This document shows, one piece after another, positions 1-12,385 of a DNA stretch of 64,000 bases. The notes below the pieces were generated by a model. It was not told the DNA's origin. It saw only the letters and a program-made list of their open reading frames with translations, and did no database searches. How positions within the stretch are numbered: position 1 is the first letter of the stretch; each line of letters starts with the position of its first letter. The stretch is from Psilocybe cubensis (lineage: Eukaryota). The stretch is taken from NCBI GenBank assembly GCA_017499595.2, contig CM039010.1, forward strand, positions 930,001 through 994,000, read 5' to 3'. Both the position numbers and the translations under genes were made by a program.

Positions 1-277
1 ACTAGAGAAAGTTGCCGCTTCCAATAATGCCGCCAGCAGAGGTCCTCCTGAAGTCGACGACGAAAAAATTGTGAAGACATATTTGTGGAGAAAGTGTCCC
101 AATTTACAGGAAATCACATATAGTTTCATACGCTTCGTCAGTTCTTGTTTTATTCCCTCTTTCGTTGGCTTACAGGTTTTTACGTTTACAGGGAGCGCAT
201 TGTACGCTCAAAAGACCAGTGAATTGACCAGGGATTTTGTCACATTAATTTGTGCATGGCAGCTGCAATCGTTATAA
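1..277 (+). CDS. 3' end of an F-box-like/LRR-type paralog (truncated by window start)
   Basis: Open frame from base 2 reads ...DDEKIVKTYLWRKCPNLQEITY, matching the C-termini of the two downstream paralogs (ENLIWVKCAQLETLQL; ETLIWTKCRRLEALKL). True stop uncertain. Confidence 0.6.
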   Translation, partial: LEKVAASNNAASRGPPEVDDEKIVKTYLWRKCPNLQEITYSFIRFVSSCFIPSFVGLQVFTFTGSALYAQKTSELTRDFVTLICAWQLQSL

Positions 278-638
278 TAGTTTAAATTTACTAATAGTTA
301 TTCTCAAGCCTGTTTTGATATACTTGTAGTTCAACACGACCATTAATACATGTCCAAAGCGTCGCACTAATTAACGTCCCATGTTGATGCCTTGTTGACT
401 CTTTTTGACCTTGAGCTTGAGCGGTCAAGTCATCGGATGACAAATAAGCGCAAAGTGCTAAGCAACGGGATCATTGAACATTCAACGTTGTCAACTGGGA
501 CTAGTTTCATCCCTTCACCTGTTATTAATTATCACTTGTGCGCTGCGATTTCACAATCCGCCCCCGTTTCTTGCTTCGTGGTAGAGACCTCTGCACGACC
601 AGACACATTCCCGCCATCACCTCAGGATATCTCACAAA

Positions 639-2207
639 ATGGGGATCGCCGACTTGCCTGCGGAGCTGCTTTTTGAAGTAGCATCGCACCTCGATCAATC
701 TGAGGGCCCGGAACAAGCTCGTTTGGCTCTCACTTGCAGGTGGTTTTATACGACTCTTATGCGCGGTGTAGCAGAGTACCAATCTCGTCAGTTTGAGGTT
801 CTACTCCAGCGGGCCGTGATTACACCGTCCCTTCAGGCCTCCCCACTTAGTGCTGTCCAACTTGACAAAGACAGTGCCAACTTGAAGCTATTCGAGAGGC
901 CCTTTAGCGACCTTGTAGTACATGCCACTCACCTAGACGCTGCAGACACTCGAAGCTTGCGGTACATAATTTGCCAGTCGAAGCACCTACAGAGTGTGGA
1001 GATTGCGATAATTCAGCCGCTTCGTGACCATCGGCACCTGGCGGCTGTGATGGGAACATGCTTTGGCAAAACAGGACTCCACCTCAGGATAACTGGTAGT
1101 TTCAGCGGAGACCAAAGTCCATTCAGCTTCCAATTCCACTCCAATGGTCAATCCATCCAAATTGCATCTCATCCAACAGAAGGTATCCATGCAGTGTCCA
1201 GGACTGGAATATGGCCCAATTTTCGGTACTTCTTTCGCCGCTTTTTGGCACTATTTCCAGCTGCGTTACCTTCTACGCCTATTTCAGGAGAGAGCCCTTT
1301 AGCTGCACCGACTCCAACTGTAACTTTTACTGTCACTCAGCGCAAACCCAAATTTCACATATCTTCCTTGCCAACCCCTCAATTAGAGTCCCTGCATCTA
1401 GACGGCGCACTCTCCCTTCTGCAATCTGTGTATCCGGTCACCCTGAAGGCTTTAAACTCGCAAATGACGAGTCTTACACTCCAGCGAATCTCGTTCAGTA
1501 TATTCGACTGGAATCAAATCTTACCCTCCATTTCTCTACCTGTGTTAAAGACCTTTACACTGATTGGGGATCTAACTATCGCATTTCCAGATTTACTAAT
1601 GTTCTTCGAACGTCATCAATCGATCGAGCACCTATATATGACGGATAAAAACCTCATTGGCATGGCAAAAATGCCTCTACATTCCATCTTACCGAACCTC
1701 AATACACTAGGTGCCAACTCGGAATACCTTACACCATTTCTTCAGTACAAGCGACTTGGTCATCTCCCTGCATTGCGCTACATACACATTAGTAGCATTA
1801 AAACCCCCAACGGTCCATCGATGACGCGATATCCATATCCATGCGACGATCTTTATCCAGTTTATGAACTGATGTCTGACCCACATTTCAGCGACTTATG
1901 GGTTACCATTGATGCATTAAGACCGAGTGGGCTCATGGACTGGATTTTATTCTCGAAATTTGCTAATAGAGATGGAAATAGCTTTGTTCACCTTGCAGGC
2001 GTCAAAGTTTTGACCGTTAAAAGCCAGGACATGTCCATCTCTGTAGAAGCTACTCAGAAGTTAGAGGAGTGGAAAGATAGTGCCGGTAATCCAGGAGGTA
2101 TTAGTCAACCTCACCAGGATAATAAGGCTATGGATAGCATATCTGTCATGGAGAACCTTATATGGGTTAAATGTGCGCAGTTGGAGACGCTACAGTTAGG
2201 TGTGTAG
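639..2207 (+). CDS. F-box-like protein with LRR-like C-terminal region
   Basis: 522-aa uninterrupted ORF; N-terminal IADLPAELLFEVASHL...LALTCRWF F-box-like motif; LxxLxL repeats (LESLHLD, LPVLKTFTL, LPNLNTLG). Confidence 0.8.
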   Translation: MGIADLPAELLFEVASHLDQSEGPEQARLALTCRWFYTTLMRGVAEYQSRQFEVLLQRAVITPSLQASPLSAVQLDKDSANLKLFERPFSDLVVHATHLDAADTRSLRYIICQSKHLQSVEIAIIQPLRDHRHLAAVMGTCFGKTGLHLRITGSFSGDQSPFSFQFHSNGQSIQIASHPTEGIHAVSRTGIWPNFRYFFRRFLALFPAALPSTPISGESPLAAPTPTVTFTVTQRKPKFHISSLPTPQLESLHLDGALSLLQSVYPVTLKALNSQMTSLTLQRISFSIFDWNQILPSISLPVLKTFTLIGDLTIAFPDLLMFFERHQSIEHLYMTDKNLIGMAKMPLHSILPNLNTLGANSEYLTPFLQYKRLGHLPALRYIHISSIKTPNGPSMTRYPYPCDDLYPVYELMSDPHFSDLWVTIDALRPSGLMDWILFSKFANRDGNSFVHLAGVKVLTVKSQDMSISVEATQKLEEWKDSAGNPGGISQPHQDNKAMDSISVMENLIWVKCAQLETLQLGV

Positions 2208-2672
2208 CTGTTATTATAATTCGGAGTTCCGGAAACTAATCAATTTATGTCCCTAGGGAGAAAAACTAGGGCAAGGAAAAGGCATGCTAGGACAACACCC
2301 AGTTAATCAAGTAACAAAGTGTCAGATAGGTATGGGGTCATATTTTACTTTATACGGCAACTCTGTACTCATGGCTCAACCAACCTTGCAAAAAGCTGAT
2401 GTAACGGACAATTTTGCATTGGTCTACATGTTTGGCAAGTCACCGTCTCTTATTGATACGCATCATGATTGACGTAGATTTAGAGGCTTTAACTGATATG
2501 TATCATTTGACTCATACCTTACTGGTCGGGGTATGATTGGACAGTAGTATTTAACAAGGACACGGTATTTGGTTGACAATCTCCTCTTTCAGAATCCTAT
2601 TGTCAGGACCCAAAAGATTTCCCCTAACCAAGACTCGCTGCCTACGATTCCGTGATAATAGAGGATCATCGA

Positions 2673-4601
2673 ATGGCTAAAATTACAGACCTTCCAACGG
2701 AAACGCTCTTGGAGGTTGCCTCCCATCTTGAGGCAGGAATACATCTGGCACATCTTGCCCTTACTTGTCATAGATTTGTCGACATACTCATGCCTCAAGT
2801 GTTGGATACCATGGCCATTCACCTGGAAGAGGCGACGTTCCAGAAGAGCATCAAGATATCTCCGCCAATTGACCACCAAATTAGCAGGGAGCCAAGACGT
2901 GATATTTTCATTAGGTCATACGGAAAAATTGAAGTTTATGTCCATAAGACGACTTTGGAGCAAATGCGCAGCGTACGTTGTTTGATTTGTCGAGCCAAGG
3001 AGATTCGAGATGTGGAATTGTTTGTCGCCGAAAGCTCGAGGGGAACTAACCTCCGGAACCTCATCGAGGGCATGGGTACATGCATTGGAAGGCGTCATCT
3101 ACGGCTCAGGGTGACCACTGTTCCCAGAAAAAGTGGTATTACAGTGCGAATTTTTCAGCCAAATGTTGTACCTAGCCAAATCACGGCGTCCACAGAGCCG
3201 ACAACGACCATCCACATCACATCTTCGGTGACATTCACGACACTCGCTCGAGTGACCAACCCTCTACAAATCATGCAACCCGCCAATATTGACAACCAGT
3301 CTACACAGCCTTCTCAGTCTGATTCTGTACAGGCACCATCTAATGTCATAGAGGCATCTAGTGCTGTAATCGGAACGCGAAGAAATAGCAGACTTTGGTC
3401 ATTTCCACTGCCGTCATTTTTTCGCAGAAGGACTACACGTTCACCAAGCTCTCAGAACTCATCCACTACGTCCCAGACAGCTGCGTCGCCTTCAAATGTA
3501 TTATTCACATCAGCTTCGGACTTGCCACCTTCGGCAGCGGCTGGAATTTCCTCTGGGATCATGCCGTCACCAACCACACACCCAACATCTTCCGCCAGAG
3601 AGATACCAATTGAAATTAGGAATAACACGTCGGGTGTAGCGATGAAAGGGCATGCCTCTAATGTTTTCTACGCTGGGGTGCAAAGAGACCCCATATTCTA
3701 CCACAACTCATTCCCAAAGCCCCTTGTATCGTCTTTATTTATTGACGGCGACACGCCCTTTCACCATGCGGTTTACTCCGCTGTAACGCAAAATGCACTG
3801 CGTTCTGGAATAACCAATCTCTCCATACATCGAATGTCTTTCCCACCTAGTAGATGGACTCACATCTTGCCCACTATCGCACTTCCAGCTTTGAAAACTC
3901 TGACAATTGGCAACCTTGCCATAGCCTTCGAAGACCTTACGACTTTTCTGCAACGTCATAACACAATTGAAACATTAATTCTGATAGATAATCAACCCAT
4001 TGACACGGCAGCCAACTTACCTTCAATTAATGGGTCATTTCTCACAAATCTAACGTCACTTACTGCAAACCCTGATTATATTGTGTCGTTCCTCCGAGGT
4101 AAAAAGCCAGGTGGCCTCTCTTCACTCGGGCGCTTATGCATACTTAGCCACGGCAATGAGCACCACTATCTTTCGATGCGGTCGATCTATCATTTGTTGT
4201 CCACAGACAACTTCAGCGAGTTAGTGTTAGTTCTTGATGACCTGGGTACAAGCTGCTTGCTCGAATGGCTTCTCAGTCCAGAGTCAGGTGCTAAGCAGGA
4301 AGATGGGGCATCGGATTGCTTACGCGGCGTTAAAACCTTAATTCTCAACATGGACGACGTGAAATGGGTATCCAGAGAGCTGGTCATAACGTTAAACAAT
4401 TGGGTGAACGGTTCTTCTAGCGCTGACGGAGTCCTCGCCGTCGGAAACCCACCCATCAAAGGCGTCAAATCATGGGATGTCCGGGAAAATACAGAAACAC
4501 TCATATGGACCAAGTGCAGACGACTGGAGGCCTTGAAGTTAGGTCAGATGCAGTTTTATTCGTATGAATATACATTACTAATCACAAAGACCTATCTGTA
4601 G
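2673..4601 (+). CDS. F-box-like protein, paralog of 639-2207, with Ser/Thr-rich insert
   Basis: ATG at 2673 (MAKITDLPTETLLEVASHL...LALTCHRF); shares WxxILPxIxLPxLKTxT, IAFxDLxxF and ANxxY blocks with the upstream gene. Confidence 0.8.
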   Translation: MAKITDLPTETLLEVASHLEAGIHLAHLALTCHRFVDILMPQVLDTMAIHLEEATFQKSIKISPPIDHQISREPRRDIFIRSYGKIEVYVHKTTLEQMRSVRCLICRAKEIRDVELFVAESSRGTNLRNLIEGMGTCIGRRHLRLRVTTVPRKSGITVRIFQPNVVPSQITASTEPTTTIHITSSVTFTTLARVTNPLQIMQPANIDNQSTQPSQSDSVQAPSNVIEASSAVIGTRRNSRLWSFPLPSFFRRRTTRSPSSQNSSTTSQTAASPSNVLFTSASDLPPSAAAGISSGIMPSPTTHPTSSAREIPIEIRNNTSGVAMKGHASNVFYAGVQRDPIFYHNSFPKPLVSSLFIDGDTPFHHAVYSAVTQNALRSGITNLSIHRMSFPPSRWTHILPTIALPALKTLTIGNLAIAFEDLTTFLQRHNTIETLILIDNQPIDTAANLPSINGSFLTNLTSLTANPDYIVSFLRGKKPGGLSSLGRLCILSHGNEHHYLSMRSIYHLLSTDNFSELVLVLDDLGTSCLLEWLLSPESGAKQEDGASDCLRGVKTLILNMDDVKWVSRELVITLNNWVNGSSSADGVLAVGNPPIKGVKSWDVRENTETLIWTKCRRLEALKLGQMQFYSYEYTLLITKTYL

Positions 4602-4776
4602 GAAGGAAGTTGCGCACAAGACCAAGAGAACGACGAGAAGCATAAAACGAGGACATAGCAAGCCTTTAAAAATCAAAGTGAAACTCAATTGAACGCATAA
4701 ATTCTCGATGCGATGTAGAAATACCGTTAGATTTGCGACAGGTTCATCAGTAAATCGTAGTTGAGGTCGTTCGTAG

Positions 4777-7417
4777 TCATGATACAAATAGGCTAATTTG
4801 ACTCCCACACTCGAGTGCCATCTGCAGATCATCTGTTGATATCAGTGAAATTATATCTCCGTCCTCATCCTGATACTTGATGCGAAGCTGAACGCCTGAT
4901 TGAGCTCGTATGGGATCCAAAATCCTGACTTTGGCCATCAGCTCATCTTGCAACGCACTGAATTCGCTTGTCTTTGACATCCTTATGAGAAAAATATGTG
5001 ACTGGAAATGGATCTTGATTTTGGTCGTTGAAGAAGGGTGATCCAACGGATTATCTTGTCCTTCGGTTGCATCATTTATTTGCAGAGATGGGATATGAAC
5101 GCTGAAGTGAGACTGATTTGATGCCTGGGAACGATTATATTCAACTGGTGACCTGAGATTTTCGCCTGCCACGACGTCTGACAATGAGAATGCCTCAGGG
5201 ATAGGCCTTGGGAGGGAACTGGTGCTTTTCACTCGTCCCAACTTCCGTCGAGCATTGATATCATTGCCATCGACCTTTGTTGTTGTTGTTATAATTTGCC
5301 AACTCCGCGACCTGTGCAATCGGCGCTCACTTAGTGGGGTTTGCCTTCCGGAGGGAGGATAAGACGCCTCAGAATAGTCCTCGAGGTCATCACCATCAGA
5401 ATCCGAAAGCGAGTATTCTCCCCTACTGGTTGAAATATATCCAGTGGAGCTTTCTGAGTGCTCGAACATTTTATGGAGGGCCGAGCGCCTAAAGTTTGCA
5501 TGGTAGTTAATAGCGTGACGTCGCTCAGGTGGAATGGTTGGTCGAGGAGAATTGGAATTGGGTTGTTCAAAGGTCTCTGGATTAACTCTTAGCATCAAGC
5601 TCTTAAAGGTTCCGTGCCAATGCGATCGTTGATACTCATGTCGACATTGCAGAGTAAACGACTCTGGCAAATTGTTTTCAAGCCAAATGATGGTCAGAGG
5701 GTAACAAAAATCGTGGGCTGTAGCAATCACTACGCCACAGAAAGTTAAGCACACATCAAACAGAGAACACGAAAATAGCTTACCATCTGTATCACTATCA
5801 GAAGTTATCGAAAGAATGTGAACAAGATATATGCGACCTTTGAGCTCCAGCGGGTTGTCATTTTGCCACATCGCACTTGCGTCTGCGTCGGACGGTGCAG
5901 CATAGCGTTGTGCAGGATACCTTTTCCGGCCCATCTCCTTGCAAAGTAAAAGGATCTTTTCGAACAGGAAGATCGCATACGGCCTAGAAGTTCCGTTCTT
6001 TGTTACGAGGGCGAGATCGTAGGCACGAAGCTCTCCGAAACTGGATGGAGAATGACCTTTCCAATTCCGAACCCTTTTTAAGAGATTATTCAACACTTTA
6101 GGCTTTTCTGCACGATATTGGGCGCCATTGGTCCTATCAGCAACACGGCGGGCGACGTCTAAGCCACGCATTAGTTCCTGGTAGTGCATATGAGTATCGG
6201 GGGTGAATGTCTTGACAAGCGGCTAATACAGGGTATTGAACGACGACGCTTTTGTGCAGTGCGAAATATCACAAACGAACCTCTAAGAGAGCAGGATACT
6301 GACGAATTCGTTGAATTGGCTTGAGAAGGAAACTTTGCAGCTCGGTTTGGACATTGATAATATGGTTAAGAGTCTAGATTGAATGGGTCAAAATTTCGCT
6401 GTTATAAAATATTCAGGACTTACTGAAAGGACGTTTTTGTAGGCCGTGACAAGCTCAAGTGTGTTTACATAGTTGATACAGTATTTATCGTATAGCTCGA
6501 ACCCATCTTCCTTCAAACCAAAATTAGTAGATAGACGAAGAACCAAGCGAAATGTGCACACCTCATTGATAAATTGTTGGCCCCAGGGTTGTACATGAAA
6601 AGGTAATTTGGATATAAATTCAAGGCGCATCAGGAATCTTCGTTGAAATTCGAGTAGATCCTTCAGATTCGGAAAAAGTATGCGAGATAATTCTTGGGTA
6701 AAAACATTGGTGTTATATAAGGCAAGAGCATACTCCTAGGTGTTTTGAATGTCATCAAGCAAGCATATCGCAGAAAGGCTACTAGCATGACTTACTTGCA
6801 TGAGCTTCAAGTCTTGAACATACATTTGTTCTGTCGACAATATATTCTGAATGATGGCGTTCCTTACGGAATTATTGTATTCGATGGTATCTAAGCCGCT
6901 GAGAGGAGGGTAGGGTGAGGTTGGATCCCCTTTGAAGGCATCTTGTGGCAGGTAGTCGAGAATGGCGTTAACTGTATTGAGTACCTGTCGCAATAGGTTG
7001 TTCTAGCCCTCACTAATATTAACGGCTGTCACCAGTTGCACTACATACCTTCAAAAAGTTTTCTGTTGACTTGCGTTCCCAGAAATCCTCTACGCTGAAG
7101 ATCTCGCATCCTGGGATTTTATCGAGAACTGGTTTGGCGCGAACCTGTAGTGCAAAAATCGAAATGGCGTCCTTCATGGCACGGTCAGAGTTCTGTTCAA
7201 AAGGACTTTTTGTGAGTGATGATAGATTGATTTTCACAAAGTCCTCGTCCTCCGGTAGTTGATCGAAAACATAGCATAGTGGGGTCCCTGTTGAAAGAAT
7301 GTCCCATAGATGCGTCGTAAAGTCCGTAGGCGGGAAAAGGGAAAGATTAGGAAAGTGGTCGGTGAACCCGTTGAGCTTGTGTAGCCTTTGTATAAGAGTA
7401 TTGGCTATGGCGTCCAT
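4777..7417 (-). CDS. Cdc24/Scd1-like Rho guanine nucleotide exchange factor (CH-DH-PH-PB1), multi-exon, diverged
   Basis: Spliced exons give a CDC24 CH-like HLWDILSTGTPLCYVFDQLP, DH motifs RNAIIQNILSTEQMYVQDL and FLLKPIQRIRQYPALL, PH motifs FGEL...YAIFLFEKILLLCKE and LKGRIY, and PB1 IKYQDEDGDIISL. GT-AG introns keep frame. Confidence 0.88.
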
Positions 7418-7798
7418 ATCTTAAAGATACGACGTGGGGAATCACTGTCTTTATAGCGGTGCTTGCCTCAGTCATGGTGGCAGTGATACAAGCATCCGTG
7501 ACTGTTGCATCGCACAGGTTATGTGACTGCAGTCATGCGTCTTCAAGACAGACTTCGAAGTCACTCGGTCTTACTTCAAATTGAGTCTTACTACTCGATA
7601 GCTTCTAAAAGTTATAAGCAAGTCGCTCATCTTCAGTTAAATCGGTTTCAAAGATGTATGCAATTTATATAGGTCGACATGATTGCGCAATGGAGGAAGT
7701 CCTTGTAATGTATGTCCGGTACCCCAAGATCCATCCCATCGAACAAAAAAAGAAAAGAGCGTGGTGTCGTGTATACGACAAGAAACGAGACACAATCA

Positions 7799-9565
7799 TC
7801 AGACGAACTTGTCGTACTCCGCAGACGCAACCGGGGCTGCGAACGCGGCATACACCCGGGAGGGACCATATGTTGGGGGCCCAGGCGTCAGATTCACGCT
7901 CAGTCCTAATGGAGATGGGCTCTGCATTAACGGCGGGGGGCGGTGGCTCCGTTGCAGGCTGCGCGAGACGAACTTGCGCTTTCCAGCGGGGTTACTGCTG
8001 CCACTTGAGGAGGTGCTTGTGCTTGTGCTAACGACGCCGCGGACCGAACGTGCGGCGTGCACCTGTGCCCGGCCAGCGCGCAGGCGGGCAGAAGGTGGAT
8101 TCGCAGCGCGGGATCGGCTTGTCGTCATCCCGCTAGCTGAGGCGTCGTCGCGTGCTGGTGCAGCTTGGGATACACGCGAGTAGCCAACCTGCTGATAGAC
8201 GCCGCCAGCCTCGCGCGTCGCTGATCCCGGCTGTCGCTGGTTGCGCTCCAAATTGGCGTGGTGTTTAGGGTCGATGGTCTGTTGGTAGTATGTGTACACC
8301 ATGATATAGTAAATGATGGCTGGTATAAGGGAGAAAAGAAAAACAGAGGCTATCTGGGACCATGAGTGGTTGACCCATGCATAGACACATTCTGATGAGA
8401 TGAATAGTTAGGGGTGGAAGTACAGAGATAACCAGTCGAGACTCACGTTTGCGGGCATCGCGAGGTCCGATAGGATATGGTGACCCGGGCCACGGTCGGC
8501 CACGCTGCGAAAAATAAGACATTGTCTTCAGGAAGAGAATTTTAAACTTGAACACTTACGAATAATGATTTTTCATATCCACGACCTTGAGTAGCTAGCC
8601 CGATACACTCCCACATTAACTCCTCCTAAAAAATAGGTCAGTAACCCAAGCAACTCGAGCCACTCGAGTTTAATTTGAACGTACCGCGAGAAGGAAATAA
8701 GCGACACCACTTACAACACCAGCGCTTGTGATCAGCAAGGACGCAAGGAAAGTGAGATACAAATAAACGCGAATCAAGCTCAGACGTTGCTGTAGGACAT
8801 TATCAGTGTCTGAATTAGGGGCACGGGCATTTGTTGTAGAGCATTGATAACCCACCATAGAAACACCAATGATTCCGTACAACTCAATTATGAAAGCGAT
8901 TGTATACATCACGCCCAGCGCGATGGAGACCTTTGCGAGGTTCTCTGCCGCCTCTGGAGGGAGATGAGCAATGAGTACATACAATAGAATTCAAATGATC
9001 GACATATCATACCTGCATCATCAACGATTGCATCTTGGAAAGCATTATGCTACAACAACACATTCAAATGAGATTCATGAACCCAACTGTATCATCAGAA
9101 TGTACATACGGCTCTGCAAAGGGTATGAGTTACTTTTAATTGTTAAATATCATTAGACTGAGATACTCACGCGAATGCGAATCGTAAACCGTTGAGACCA
9201 GCAACTATATAACAACAGAAAGAATGTTTTAATGCCAGCTCACTAGGCACGCTGTCGCAGAAATGGCGTACCGGCGATGACAGGGTTCTTCCAACTAGCC
9301 TTGTACAGCTGAGAGACAAACGACTCGGACTTCGGCTTGCTCGGAGTGCGCAAAGGATCTATAGGTCACGATATAAAGATATCATTGGAGACCGTCAATC
9401 ATCAGCATGGCGAAAACGGTGTCCGCAGAAGAGGAGTAACTTACGTGGAAACCTGTTGTCAACTACAAGAATATTTATAGGTCAACAATAGGTCAATACG
9501 CTCAATAGTGTCTGTGTCTACACAAGTAACTCACGCTTAAGCTTAAGAGGAGGAGGGCGAATCAT
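7799..9565 (-). CDS. Multi-pass (about four TM) membrane protein, many short exons
   Basis: Manual splice: MIRPPPLKLKLDNRFPHPLRTP...KNPVIAVAGLNGLRFAFAAHNAF...VSIALGVMYTIAFIIELYGIIGVSM/QRLSLIRVYLYLTFLASLL...; includes a 4-nt exon at 9110-9113; last exon has QTIDPKHHANL. Confidence 0.7.
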
Positions 9566-9663
9566 ACTGGCTGGCAGTGTGAACGTGGTGGTACCGGACA
9601 AAGGAACAAAATCCAGTGATGGGTCCTCATATGTTCTGGAATTTGATGCCGGAGTGTTCGGGG

Positions 9664-10259
9664 TAAGATTGGGCTCATCAGGAACCAGCACCCCCTTAGG
9701 TAAGCAAAAGTTGGCTTACCTCCGAACCTTTTCAACCCTTCTGCACTCACACTATTCTACATTTTTGAACCACAGATATGTAGGTTATGCTTCTTTGAAC
9801 ACATCTGTGGTTTTTTTTTTCAAAAAAATTTTGATCTCAAGAAGTTATAAAGATTTTAATTTTTTTCCTTTTTTTTTAGTCTAACACGTCAGAAATGGTG
9901 TTTTCTCGAGTTTGGGAGATTTTCGAAAATTTGACAATGTTCTTTTGGCCGCTTATATAATGGTACACGTGACCACACGTGACAATAAGTCACGCCTAAG
10001 TAATACCTCTCAGACTCATTATGGACTTCCAGAGACTACAATTTGACCTCTGAGGTGTAATTCTATTATTGTGGGCATAAAGGCTAGTAGTAAGGATTGT
10101 ATATGCACATTTATGAATTTTTTTTTTTTAAACTTTTTGTCTGAAACCATTTTCCGTCAACATAACTTTTGATTTTTTTTTCGAGCTGGATTTTGGCCGC
10201 TCTTGGCGCCAAGCCCATTGATTACGTAAGGGTGCTGGTTTCTGATGAGCCCAATCTTA
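9664..10259. mobile_element. MITE / non-autonomous TIR DNA transposon (about 590 bp) with putative TA target-site duplication
   Basis: Left TA|AGATTGGGCTCATCAGGAACCAGCACCC and right GGGTGCTGGTTTCTGATGAGCCCAATCT|TA are inverted repeats of about 28 bp with 1 mismatch; AT-rich non-coding interior with T tracts and CACGTGAC x2. Confidence 0.8.
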
Positions 10260-10779
10260 TATTGCACAGCCCGATGGTTAACCGCAGGCTACACGGCAAC
10301 GTACAATATTAGGCTGATCCAATGGGCTTGTAAGCACTGCGATTTCCGAGGTGACTTATGAAGAATCTCGAATGCATAATCGTTCAGAACTTGTTATGGA
10401 CACAAGGAATGGTACCAAAGTAATTATGTAGCACTTCTGTGAGCTGCTGCCCTTCATGTTTTAGATCAAGATTAGAGCAGGCAAGCCGTGAGTCTTTCCT
10501 TGACGTGAGTTGCATTCATCTGCATCAAATGAGCGATTTTTTGAAGGCAGATGGAGGCAAAATATGTGCGTTGTGCCATAGAGAGGGTGCATTCGGGTGC
10601 ACTGCTTTTAGCTTTTTCACAGGCTTTTGCGCAGCAGTAGTAGCCAAATATAGCCAAATAAATTATGCATTGAGCTCTCGGCGTTGACAATGTGGACAGC
10701 CTTGCTCTTCACAACCACGACCTACTTATTGCACTGGTGCATTGACTAACACCCCACCGCTCTTCCCACCTGAATTACA

Positions 10780-12385
10780 ATGGATTACAGACCACCACCT
10801 CCAGGTACGTTTTGCAATGCATTTTCATAGTGATTTGACCTTGGGAACCTGACGTATTTCAATTACTCAGGTTTGTATCCACTGCGTTGTTGCTATACAA
10901 ATTCAAGGATCTGAATGCTGATATCGGGCCTTATGACCAGCTGCACCTCCCTCTTCCAACTTTGTGAATAGAGTTTACAGACGGAACCTACGACCGATTG
11001 TGGTATCATGTAAGTTTCAAACCCCTTTATCTGGGTATTCAGATGAGACTCATGGTATTGTCTATCCAGTCGGTGCCATCGGTGCCATCTGGGCCCTTGC
11101 ATCGTGAGTAACCTCCCTTCTCCTACGTTGTGCTGTTATGCTAAAATGCTGTCATTTAGTGGCGTATGTGATCTAAATTGTTAGCTGGTTCGGACATTTG
11201 TGCTAAATTGTGATTAAAGATTGGCTTTCTCCGCAATGCTCCTATATACAACGATAGTATGTCATTTGGGCTTTCTTAGGCTTCATTATAACTCTTTTCT
11301 CACCCTATCACTGCAGATGGTGCATCGAAAGTTGGAACTTTCTCGATAATAGTTGGAGCATTATACCTCGCTGTCTTTGGTATTGAGGTAAACAATCTCC
11401 AAAATTACATCATACATGGTATTCACTGGTCAATTAGGCATTTGGAATTTTTGCTGCATACTCAGTATGTCGTTACTTATTTCACTTGAATGTGTTCCTG
11501 AATTGTTTTAGCAAAAAATCCCAATGGTTCGCATGTATGCCTACCTATCAGCTCTCGTCACGTTGATCGTCATGGTTGCTGGTATGATCCAAATCGTCAT
11601 TCACTTTACCCTCAAGGTATGCGGTCGATGTCATATATATAGTCCGCTTCTCTGACAATTTCGAAGAGTGAAATCATCAACGTTTGTACCAATTTCAATG
11701 AGGGAGACACTGTCTTCTACGTGAGTTATTTTCTGATATCATTAATAGCAAAGGTATTCACCAGTTGCAGGGGAGCATCTTCGGACCTGTCCGTAGTGGT
11801 ACTCTTACCAGAGAAGATGCCCAGAACTGTAAGTACATCTACGTGTAAAATTTTGCTGTATTGATCCTCATGTTTCGATCTAGGGTGCAACAGGTCCTGG
11901 AACCGTGGTTCCTGGTCCAACATCCTCTCATTCCTGCTGGTATCTGGTTCGTTGAGTTTCTTGTCATAACTTTGGCCCTCATATTGACCAAATTTCTAGC
12001 GATTGCTGGCTTCTTCACGGTCGTTGTGTTCAGCTACTTGCGCCAAGTTCTTGACCCCGCACACCCAGCCAATGTCGTTCGCGAACCAGCTACATACCGC
12101 ACGGGCAACTACCCTACGCACTACAACCCCCCTTACAACCCCAATGCACCTGGATATTACCCCTCGTACCCAGCTCCCGCCGGCCCGCCACCGAACTTCA
12201 ACAATAACGACGCATTTGTACCTCCTTATGAGAATGACAATAAGCCGCCTGGTTATGTCCGCGGAGAGAATTTCAAAGGCGAACTTGCGGAGCAACAGAA
12301 GGGCACTGGTGGTTATCAGTGGACGTTGGAGGGACCCAGCGAGAGAGACGTGACGAGCCAACCGACACCTAATCCTTTCAGATAA
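10780..12385 (+). CDS. Multi-pass membrane protein, paralog of 7799-9565, with Pro/Tyr-rich tail
   Basis: MDYRPPPP...NFVNRVYRRNLRPIVVS...GAIGAIWALASGIGFLRN...; later exon FSYLRQVLDPAHPANV matches YYQQTIDPKHHANL of the paralog; 4-nt exon at 11160-11163; PPY-rich tail. Confidence 0.72.

Noticed and set aside
10242-10275. CTGATGAG resembling a hammerhead ribozyme core
   Set aside because: It is part of the MITE TIR, and no stem II followed by GAAA is present. CTGANGA hits I checked inside the 4.6-kb repeat also lack the GAAA partner.
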